From an uncultured Acidobacteriota bacterium (GTDB taxonomy: Bacteria > Acidobacteriota > Thermoanaerobaculia > Multivoradales > SZUA-115), in assembly GCA_963805975.1 (NCBI GenBank), contig CAWDVR010000004.1, forward strand, positions 32,001-96,000: 64,000 bases of DNA, given 5' to 3'. The translations under genes were made by a program, and so were the position numbers. Position 1 is the stretch's first letter; every line of letters starts with the position of its first letter. The notes beneath the pieces were generated by a model. The model was not told the DNA's origin, did no database searches, and saw only the letters and a list, made by a program, of their open reading frames with translations. Below, piece by piece: positions 55,722 to 64,000 of this stretch.

Positions 55722-56405
55722 ATGCTCCTAGCGATCCACATTGCCGCGGGCGGGCTCGCCCTCGTGCTCGGAGCGGTTGCCCTGTTGGTCAAGAAGGGCG
55801 GGACCCTCCACCGCCGCAGCGGGCTGCTGTTCGTCTACGCCATGGCCGTCATGGGCATCACCGCCGCGATGTTGGGGAACTGGTTCGGCGGCCTGCTCAC
55901 GATCTACTTCGTCGTCACGGCGCTGACGACCGTCCGCCCGGTCTCGCTCTGGACCCGCGTCATCAATGTCGCGGCCATGCTGTTCGCGGCCGTATTCACG
56001 TTCGTCACGATCCTGGCAGGCGTGGAGGCCTTCAACAGCCCCGGTGGATTTCGCAACGGCGTCCCGTTCCTGATGTTCTTCTTCCTCGCGAGCGTCACGG
56101 CCCTGGCGGTGGTCGGCGACCTGCGCATCCTGCGATCCGGCATGCCTCGCGGCGGGCCGCGCCTGGCGCGCCATCTGTGGCGGATGTGCTTCGCGCTGTT
56201 CATCGCGGCCGGATCGTTCTTCTCGATCCGTGAGCGCGTGGCGAGGATCCTTCCCGAGCCATTCACGACGGTGCCGATGCGCGTGCTGCCGATCCTGCTG
56301 GTGTTCGGTGCGATGTTCTATTGGCTGTGGAGGCTCCGCGCCCGCCGCACGTTACCAGTGCTGGTCCGACACGATTCGATGCCACTCACCACTACCGAGG
56401 AGTGA
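55722..56405 (+). CDS. DUF2306-like membrane protein
   Basis: IHIAAG...KKGG..HRRSG; RHLWRMC. Confidence 0.8.
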   Translation: MLLAIHIAAGGLALVLGAVALLVKKGGTLHRRSGLLFVYAMAVMGITAAMLGNWFGGLLTIYFVVTALTTVRPVSLWTRVINVAAMLFAAVFTFVTILAGVEAFNSPGGFRNGVPFLMFFFLASVTALAVVGDLRILRSGMPRGGPRLARHLWRMCFALFIAAGSFFSIRERVARILPEPFTTVPMRVLPILLVFGAMFYWLWRLRARRTLPVLVRHDSMPLTTTEE

Positions 56406-57818
56406 ATTGCTACGGGCCCGCTCACGGCCAGCCCAGGTCTCTAGCAGGCAGCCGATGGAAGGCGGATTGGGGCGGGCGCGCGTCGTCGCCTCGACATAGA
56501 TCACTGCCTCGTACCGGTCGGGGAGCACCACCTCCGTCGCCATGTCGGCCTCGCCCCGGAAGGAGGCCCCGATCTCACGCATCGGCTGTAGGCTGCGAAA
56601 CCATCCGCTGACCGCCCCGCCCGCCGGCAGGCGGCGCAGGTCGAGCAGGCAGAGCGGCCAACCGGCGCGCTCGAAGGTGTCCTCGAGCGTGCCGGCGGAG
56701 GGTGGACCGACCGTGAGCCCGTCCGATCCGCGGCGCCCCTGCCCCTGCCCGGTCGCATCGATCGCCCCAAAGCCGCCGTGGTGGAACAGGAAACCCACGG
56801 GCAGGTAGTCCTTGCCCAGGATCGCCTCGAGGTGGTGTCCCATCGACGTGAAGCGGAAGTCGTGGTTCGAGATGTGCCCGTTGTGCGCCCACAGGACGAC
56901 GCGCGACCCGGGCTCGGCGACATCGGCGATCCAACGCACGTTGTCGGCCATGGCTCGGTCGCGAACCTGCGGGTTGCCCAAGGGGTCGCTGCCCAGCTCG
57001 GTGTACTGACGCAACACCTGCACGTACTGCCGATCGACGAGGGCCTGCCGGTCGGCCACGGCGGCCTGCGTCTCCAGGCGCTCGGCGATCCTCGGCAGCA
57101 CCGCGGCGACGGCGGCGAGACTCTCGTCGTTGGGCCCGTCGGCGCGCTCGTCCGCGGCAAGCTTGGCGAGGGCCGGACCCACCTCCGCCGCGAGCGTCGG
57201 CGCGATCTGCTGCAGCCGCGCCGTCAGGCGCTCCGCCACCACCGCGCCCGCCTGCATGTCGAAGCCATAGAAGCGGACCTGTTTGTGACCCGGCACGGAG
57301 TTCCACTGCCGCATCCAACGGATGAGGTCGAGCACCTCCTCCGTGTTCCAGATCCAGTAGTAGAGCCCGGCGAGCGCCTTGGCGGGGTCTCCCTGGCCCG
57401 TCCGCACGTACTCGTCCACCGCCTCGGACTCCGGCCAGTTAGCCTCGATGGCGAAGACACTGAAGCCGAGCTCGGCGCGCGACGTCAGCAGCGGGACCGC
57501 CTGGCCGCGGATCCAGTCGATCACCGCCTGCGGAGCGGGCAGGGGCTGGCGGATCATCAGGTCCTGACTCACCAGATCCTGGCGCGCCGCGCCGGCGGCG
57601 ACTTCGAAGAAGGCCGAGCGCTGCTCGCCGACCACCGCCCCTGCGACCGGCTCGCCGCCGGGCCCGACGACCGTGCCGCTCACCTCGGCGCTGGCGGGCA
57701 CAGGCACCGCCTCCGCGCCGGCGAGGGGCGTGGCCACGGCACCGGCGAGCCCAGCGGCGCAAGCGAGGACGAGGGTGCGGGCGCGACGGACGAGGCGGTC
57801 GTGACGGGTCGCTGGCAT
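56352..57818 (-). pseudogene. Erythromycin esterase-family gene with internal deletion
   Basis: FAIEANWPE, VRDRAMADN and VLWAHNGH are present; the GEATHG segment is absent; read-through C-terminus. Confidence 0.75.
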
Positions 57819-57856
57819 GGTTTGCTCCTCTAGAACCAAGCGGTGCCCCTGCGCCG

Positions 57857-60844
57857 TCACTTCGCACCCCCCTGCGCGGTCTTCGCGAGCGCCTCGAAGC
57901 GGGCCAGCGCGGCGTCGAGGCGCGGCAGCAGATCGCGCATCCGCTCGCGGATGCCGGACGACGGCGCGAGGCTGCCGGCGACGATCGCGTCGTACAGCGA
58001 CGTCAGCTGGGGCTGGAGGCCCGGATCCGCGTCGCGCCGCACCCACGCGAGCTCGGCTTCGACCGCGTCGAGGTCCGCGACCAGCGCCTCTGTCCCCGGC
58101 CTCTTGCGCACTTCCTCGCGAAGCGCGCGAAGCCGCGCGAGCGCCTTCATCAAGCTGGCGATGCGCCCGCCGACGTCGCGCGCCAGCGCGATCTGCTCAT
58201 CGTAGTCGGCGGCCGCCGCGTCGATTCTGGGATCGGCGAGCATCGTCAGCGGCTGCATGGCGCTCCACGCGGCCGCCGTGATCTTCACCATGTAGCTACC
58301 TGGTTTCACGAACGGGCCGTGCGGCCCCCACGTCGGATCGTTGCCGCCCGGAAACTCGAACGGCGCGGCGTGCCGGGCCGTCCAGCGAAATCTGTTGATG
58401 CCTTGCCGCGTGCCGACGACGCCCCGCCCCTCGAAGACGGACCCAAAGTCGGCAGGCAGATCCGATATCCAGGGATCGTCGGGCGAGCGGCTGACGTGCC
58501 TGGCGACGAGGTTGCCGCGTTCGTCGCTGATCTCGAGGGTGACGGGATGGGTCTGCGTCGTGAGGTAGTACGTGATGGTGGCGCCGCCGTCGAGCGGAGG
58601 GTACGAACCGTTCCCGGCGGGGCGATATCCCGGGCGCGGCGCGAACAGATGGTTCGTGTCCGCACGGAGGCCGTCGGCCTGCTGCACTACGCCGAGATCC
58701 TCCAGCACCCACAGTCCGCGGCCGAAGGTCGACACGACGAGATCCTTGCGATGCACCCGCAGGTCCGATACCGGCACGACAGGAAGATTCAGTTGCAGCC
58801 GCCGCCACCGGCCGCCATCGTCCCACGACGCGTAGATCCCGAACTCCGTGCCGGCATAGAGCAGTCCCTGGCGATCGTGGTCCTCACGAACCGCCCGCAC
58901 GTAATGGCCGCTGTCGATGCCGGTGACGCCGCCGCGCCACGAGCGCCCATAGTCGTCGGTGACGAAGACGTACGGCCGGCGATCACCGAGCAGATAGCGG
59001 TAGACCGCAAGCACGGCGCGGCCCGGCTCGTGCACCGAAGGATCGATCGTGCTGACCGTGCCCCACTCCGGCATTGCGGGCGGCGTCACGTTGGTCCACG
59101 TCTGCCCGTGGTCGCGCGAGACATGCACCAGCCCATCGTCGGTGCCCGCCCACAGCAGCCCCTTGGCGAGCGGCGACTCTTCGACGACGAGGATGGTGTC
59201 GTAGACCTCGCCGCCCGTTGTCACGTGTTTGAGGCCCCGGCTGCCCGCCGGCTCCTGCTTCGTCTTGTCGTTCCGCGTGAGGTCGCCGCTGATCACCTCC
59301 CACGAATGGCCGCCGTCGCGCGAGCGATGGACGTGCTGCGAGCCCATGTAAAGGACATCCGGGTCGTGCGGCGAGAGACGAACCGGCATGTTCCAGGCGG
59401 TCCGGTACTTCAGGATCGCCGTCCGCTGCCCCATGCGCGGCTCGGGGTAGACCTGCAGGATCTCGGAGGTCTTTCTTGCCGTGTCCGTCTTCGCGATCTG
59501 GCCGCTGATCGTCGCGTACACGATCGATGGATTGCGGGGATCGACGGCGATGCTGCTCGCCTCGCCGCCGCCGACGCCGTAGGCATCGACGAGCTGCAAC
59601 GGCACGTTGCGGCTTCCCGTCGGCACCGACACCGTGCCGGCATCCTGCTGCGCGGAGTAGACGCGGTAGGGATATCCCGTGTCGACCGCGATGCGATACA
59701 TCTCGCCGGTCGGCTGATTCATCTGCGTCGACCAGGTCGCGCCGCCGTTGAACGAAACCGTCGCGCCGCCATCGTTGCCGTTGATGAGGATGCGCGGGTC
59801 GCGCGGATGGATCCAGAGATCGTGATGGTCTTCGTGCGAGTCCGGGGCGATCGCGAACGTCGCGCCGCCGTCGGTCGACTTCAACAGCGAGGTGCTCAAC
59901 ACGTAGATCAGGTCCGGGGACACCGGATGCGGCGCGAGATGCGTGTGATAGAAGGCGCGCTGCGTCAGCACCGGGTCGCCGTTCACGCGCGACCAGCTGC
60001 GGCCCGCGTCATCCGATCGAAAGAGCCCGCCGGCGCCGGCCGGCGCTTCGATCAGCGCCCAGACACGTGACGGCCGCGCCGGAGAGAGGGCGACGGCGGT
60101 GCGACCCAGCACGCCCGACGGCAGGCCGCCTGCAAGACGCGTCCAGGTATCCCCGCCGTCGTCGGACTTGAAGATGCCGCCGTCCGTGCTGCCGTTCTCG
60201 AACGCCCAGGGCTTCCGCTCGTAGGACCACGAGGCCGCATACAGCACGCGCGGATCGGCGGGGTCGATGGCGAGATCGGCGATGCCTGTTCCCTCACTGA
60301 TGAAGAGGACCTTCTGCCACGAGCGGCCGCCGTCGCGTGAACGGAAAACACCGCGCGTCGCATTCGGCGACGAGGCGTGGCCGAGCACGGCGGCGTACAC
60401 GAGATCGGGATCGCGCGGGTGAACGCGGATACGACCGATCTGCCCGGCGTCGCGAAGCCCCGCGTGCACCCATGTTTCGCCGCCGTCGTCGGACCTGTAC
60501 ACGCCGACGCCGGGCGAGACGTTCGTGCGCGGGCACGCGGTGCCGGTGCCGGCGTACACCACCCTCGGATTGGAGTCGGACACCGCGATGGCGCCGACCG
60601 ACCCGGCCTCGAAATAGCGATCCGACACGTTGCGCCAGGTGGTGCCGGCGTCGGTCGACTTCCACACGCCGCCGCCGATGGCGCCGAAGTAGAACGTGAA
60701 GGGGTCGGCCGCGACACCGGTGACGGCCGTCGAGCGCCCGCCGCGGGGGAAATGCAACTGGCGGTACTCGAGGCCCGGCAGCAGCGCCGGATCGGGCTGG
60801 GTCGCGACGAGGGAGAGAAGCAGCAGCAGTGGGGTCATGTCCAC
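57857..60844 (-). CDS. VPS10/sortilin-like BNR-repeat beta-propeller protein (glycosyl hydrolase-like)
   Basis: Signal peptide; many SxDGGxTW Asp-boxes. Confidence 0.9.
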   Translation of the reverse strand: MDMTPLLLLLSLVATQPDPALLPGLEYRQLHFPRGGRSTAVTGVAADPFTFYFGAIGGGVWKSTDAGTTWRNVSDRYFEAGSVGAIAVSDSNPRVVYAGTGTACPRTNVSPGVGVYRSDDGGETWVHAGLRDAGQIGRIRVHPRDPDLVYAAVLGHASSPNATRGVFRSRDGGRSWQKVLFISEGTGIADLAIDPADPRVLYAASWSYERKPWAFENGSTDGGIFKSDDGGDTWTRLAGGLPSGVLGRTAVALSPARPSRVWALIEAPAGAGGLFRSDDAGRSWSRVNGDPVLTQRAFYHTHLAPHPVSPDLIYVLSTSLLKSTDGGATFAIAPDSHEDHHDLWIHPRDPRILINGNDGGATVSFNGGATWSTQMNQPTGEMYRIAVDTGYPYRVYSAQQDAGTVSVPTGSRNVPLQLVDAYGVGGGEASSIAVDPRNPSIVYATISGQIAKTDTARKTSEILQVYPEPRMGQRTAILKYRTAWNMPVRLSPHDPDVLYMGSQHVHRSRDGGHSWEVISGDLTRNDKTKQEPAGSRGLKHVTTGGEVYDTILVVEESPLAKGLLWAGTDDGLVHVSRDHGQTWTNVTPPAMPEWGTVSTIDPSVHEPGRAVLAVYRYLLGDRRPYVFVTDDYGRSWRGGVTGIDSGHYVRAVREDHDRQGLLYAGTEFGIYASWDDGGRWRRLQLNLPVVPVSDLRVHRKDLVVSTFGRGLWVLEDLGVVQQADGLRADTNHLFAPRPGYRPAGNGSYPPLDGGATITYYLTTQTHPVTLEISDERGNLVARHVSRSPDDPWISDLPADFGSVFEGRGVVGTRQGINRFRWTARHAAPFEFPGGNDPTWGPHGPFVKPGSYMVKITAAAWSAMQPLTMLADPRIDAAAADYDEQIALARDVGGRIASLMKALARLRALREEVRKRPGTEALVADLDAVEAELAWVRRDADPGLQPQLTSLYDAIVAGSLAPSSGIRERMRDLLPRLDAALARFEALAKTAQGGAK

Positions 60845-61116
60845 CTCTTGATGAACCGTTCAACGGCCAGCGCGGGGATCTCGAGGATCACGATCTCTCT
60901 CGCCAGCACGCGGAAGTTATACGTCCAGAGCTCCTCGAGCCATAGGGGACGTCCGCCGGGCTCACTCGCCGCCTCCTGAGCGAATCCCCCTGCCCCGCGT
61001 GAGGGCTTTACCTCATCGCCTCGGCAGGGACGCCGTGCCAGCCTTCTTCCTCGCTGAAACACGGAACATCGCGCGATGTTCCGTGCACCGAAGAACTCAC
61101 TTCGGAGGGGGGGAAT

Positions 61117-62499
61117 GTGAACCATCCACGCTTCGGAAGGCTCGTCTCACTCGTACTGGTCGCCGCCGTCGTCTTCGGCGGCGGCCCTGCCGCGGCCGAC
61201 GCGCGCATCGGCGGCCAGCTGGCCGCCATGCTGGCCACGGCGCTACCGTTCCAGCAGCTCGAGATCGTGGTGACCTACCGGCAATCGGGCCCGGTCCAGT
61301 CGCCTCAGGTGCAGGTGCTGAGAGCACTCGGCATCACGCGCGGCATCTCGTTCCGGGGGCTGCCCGTGGTCGGTGCGCTTGCCACGCCCGGCGCCATCCG
61401 CCAGCTGGCCCGGCGCGGGGACGTGCTGTCGATCCACGCCAACAGCGCGTTGACCTATTTCAACAATGACGCGCGGAGCCTCTCCGGCGTCGACCTCGTG
61501 CAAGCCGACCCCGACCTCGGGTTCACCGGCGCCGGCGTCACGGTGCTGGTCAACGACTCGGGCATCGACGCCATCCACGGCGACCTCGCCTTCGGCAGTC
61601 ACGTGGTCGAGAACGTCCAGGCGTTGACCAACCTGAGCTCCGTGCTCACCTTCCTGCCGGTGACCTATCTCGAGGGCCAGCCCGACACCGACATCAGCTC
61701 CGGCCACGGCACCCACTGCGCCGGCATCGTCGGCGGCAGCGGCGCGCAGTCCGGCGGGCTGTACCGCGGCGTGGCGACCGGCTCCCAGCTCGTCGGTTAC
61801 GGGTCCGGCGCGGTGATCTCGATCCTCGACGCGGTCGGCGGGTTCGACTACGCCATCGCCCATCGCGACAGCTTCGGCGCGCCCATCCGGGTGATCAGCA
61901 ACTCCTGGGGCGGCTCCGGGGCGTTCGACCCCACCGATCCGGTCAACGTCGCGAGCTACGCGGCCTACAACCAGGGCATCCTCTCGGTCTTCGCGGCGGG
62001 CAACTCGGGTCCGGGCGCCAACACGCACAACCCCTACGCCCAGGCGCCTTGGGTCATCTCGGTGGCCGCCGGCAACAAGGACGGCACGCTCGCGGACTTC
62101 TCCTCCCGCGGCAACCCGGGCGAGTCCGGCACCTTCACCATGCCCGACGGCGAGGAGTGGACCTACATCAACGAGCCGACGCTCGTGGCCACCGGTGTGG
62201 ACATCGTCTCGGCCCGCGCCTTGACGGGCCTCCTGCCGGTCCTCTCGCTTCCCCAGGACCTCTCGCTCGATCTGGCCCATGTCGCCTTCTACACCCACAT
62301 GAGCGGCACCTCGATGGCGACGCCGCACGTCGCCGGCATCGCCGCGCTGCTCTTCGAGGCGGACCCGGCGCTGACGCCTTCGGAGGTCAAGGCGATCCTC
62401 GCGGGCACCGCCAACCCGATGCCGGGCCGCGCTTCCTTCGAGGTGGGTGCCGGCCACGTCGACGCCTACGAGGCGGCGACGGTGGCGGCGGGGAACTGA
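61117..62499 (+). CDS. S8 serine peptidase (AprX-like)
   Basis: VNDSGID, GHGTHCAG, AAGNSG and SGTSMATPHVAG. Confidence 0.93.
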   Translation: MNHPRFGRLVSLVLVAAVVFGGGPAAADARIGGQLAAMLATALPFQQLEIVVTYRQSGPVQSPQVQVLRALGITRGISFRGLPVVGALATPGAIRQLARRGDVLSIHANSALTYFNNDARSLSGVDLVQADPDLGFTGAGVTVLVNDSGIDAIHGDLAFGSHVVENVQALTNLSSVLTFLPVTYLEGQPDTDISSGHGTHCAGIVGGSGAQSGGLYRGVATGSQLVGYGSGAVISILDAVGGFDYAIAHRDSFGAPIRVISNSWGGSGAFDPTDPVNVASYAAYNQGILSVFAAGNSGPGANTHNPYAQAPWVISVAAGNKDGTLADFSSRGNPGESGTFTMPDGEEWTYINEPTLVATGVDIVSARALTGLLPVLSLPQDLSLDLAHVAFYTHMSGTSMATPHVAGIAALLFEADPALTPSEVKAILAGTANPMPGRASFEVGAGHVDAYEAATVAAGN

Positions 62500-63000
62500 G
62501 CGGCAGAGCGATCGGACGGGGTGGCCGGGAGGGCTCTCCCTCCCGGCCTCGTGCTGCGGTGGTGCTCGGTGGTGTTAGGGCCGCACGAAGGCCGAGGTCA
62601 GGCCATAGGAGCCCTCGGCCCCGCCCACGCCCTCGACGCGCACGAAGTAGCGGCCCGCATTGAGGATCTTGACGAGATGAAAGTTGTCGCCGCTACCGTA
62701 GGTGCCCGGATAGAGGACCGCGGCCACCGAGTCGCCGGAGTCGTATAGGTCTCCGCCGGCCAGGCTGGTGGCTCGCCCGCAGACGGTGGCTGGCGAGCCT
62801 GGGTCGCGTTGCCGAGGCGGAGCCGCTCCTGGTCCAGGGCTTCGAGAAGCTTTCGAAGGCTGCGCGCCGCCGGCCCTACGTGCCGGATGCGCTCCACCGT
62901 CTGACGGACTTTTACGAGAAGGCCGGCCGGGCCGATCGCGCCGCCGAGTACCGGCGGCTGCACTCGCAGGCGCCCTGAGCGGCGTTCGGTGTGAGGGGGC

Positions 63001-64000
63001 TCAGGCCCACTCGGTCCAGCTCGGGGGCGCGAAGCCGTCGATCACCCGGCCCAGCCCCGCTTCCCGCGCCCGCGCCAGCGCGAGCTGGGCGAGGGCCAGG
63101 TCGAGGATGCCGAGGCCGAAGGGGCTGAAGATCGCCGGCCTGTCGCCCTCTCCCCGCGGCGGTTTCGTGCCGGCGAGGATCTCGGCGAGCGTCGCGCGCA
63201 CGAAGCGGCGATGCCCCACCTGCTGCTCGGCCAGGTGCAGGGAGGTGCTCTCCCGCACCGCGTGGTCCACGTCGTCGACCACGTTGTCCGCGGCGAGGAT
63301 CACCTCCGGCGCCAGGTCGCGGAGCGAGATGTGGAGCACCGTGGCGCCGGGGGCGAGGCCGGCGAGGCTCGGAACGTGGGGCGTGCCGGCCGTGGTGGCG
63401 AAGGAGACGAGGGAGCTGCCGGCGAGCGCGTCGTCGAGCGAAGAAACCGGCTCGCTCGCCACCCCCAGGTTTGCCAAGCGGTCCTGGAATGCCTCTGCCC
63501 GCTTCGCATCGAGGTCGAACACCGCCACCAGCGGGAGCGTGCCGTAGACCGCATCGAGGAAGCGGGCGATCTCGAAGTTGATGAGACCGCAGCCGATCAT
63601 CGCCAGGCGCTCGGGGGGTGCTGCGGCCAGCTTCTCGGCCGCCAGCGCGGCGCTCGCCGCGGTGCGTTTGGCGCTCACCACCGAGCCCTCGAGCACCGCC
63701 AGTGGCCGGCCGGTCTCCGTGCTGTTGAGGATCATCGCCGCCGAGGCGCGGTCGAGGCCGCGCTCCAGGTTGCCCGGGAACGAGGAGATCCACTTGACCC
63801 CGGCGACCTCGAAACCGCGCCGAGAAAGGCCGGCAGCGCGATGATGCGGTTCCTGGGCGCACCGGGGAAGCGCAGGAACGAGGAGTGGGGTAGCGAGCTC
63901 TCGCCGGCGCCGTGCGCCAGGTAGGCCCGGCCGACGGCGTCGAGGATCTCGTGCTCCCGGCCTTCGAGACAGGCGAGGACGTCGGGGCCGGTCAGCAGAA
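63001..64000 (-). CDS. sbnB: SbnB-like ornithine cyclodeaminase-family protein (partial, frameshift near 63820)
   Basis: [26 protein letters not shown] and [10 protein letters not shown]. Confidence 0.85.
   Translation of the reverse strand, partial: SADRPRRPRLSRRPGARDPRRRRPGLPGARRRRELATPLLVPALPRCAQEPHHRAAGLSRRGFEVAGVKWISSFPGNLERGLDRASAAMILNSTETGRPLAVLEGSVVSAKRTAASAALAAEKLAAAPPERLAMIGCGLINFEIARFLDAVYGTLPLVAVFDLDAKRAEAFQDRLANLGVASEPVSSLDDALAGSSLVSFATTAGTPHVPSLAGLAPGATVLHISLRDLAPEVILAADNVVDDVDHAVRESTSLHLAEQQVGHRRFVRATLAEILAGTKPPRGEGDRPAIFSPFGLGILDLALAQLALARAREAGLGRVIDGFAPPSWTEWA

Overview
GC-rich accessory region, probably from an Acidobacteriota (Thermoanaerobaculia-like) genome; this taxonomy is inferred from the gene families and was not verified. 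The left half (1-26 kb) looks like a defence island. It holds an internally deleted group II intron, a large patatin, and a minus-strand integron-type cassette array (TIR, TIR fused to an RsiV/DUF3298-like domain, DUF2971). The array has its own sigma70-like promoter but no intI, and sits next to a non-IntI tyrosine recombinase. This half also carries a GHKL-ATPase/nuclease, RadC, an SF1 helicase and a PIN toxin-antitoxin pair, and ends at a tRNA-Arg(ACG) 3' fragment with an integrase remnant. The middle has a secreted EEP phospholipase operon, an ECF/Ser-Thr kinase pair and a secreted-peptide/TPR/tandem-HTH module. The right half has further attC cassettes, an intact IS630, a UvrA-like gene, a LytS/LytTR regulon and hydrolases. 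Two related transposase-free IS1111-like ends sit at attC-type R'' boxes. Many single-base frameshifts suggest long-read indel errors, so pseudogene calls are tentative. All family calls come from motif recognition by eye; no database search was run.
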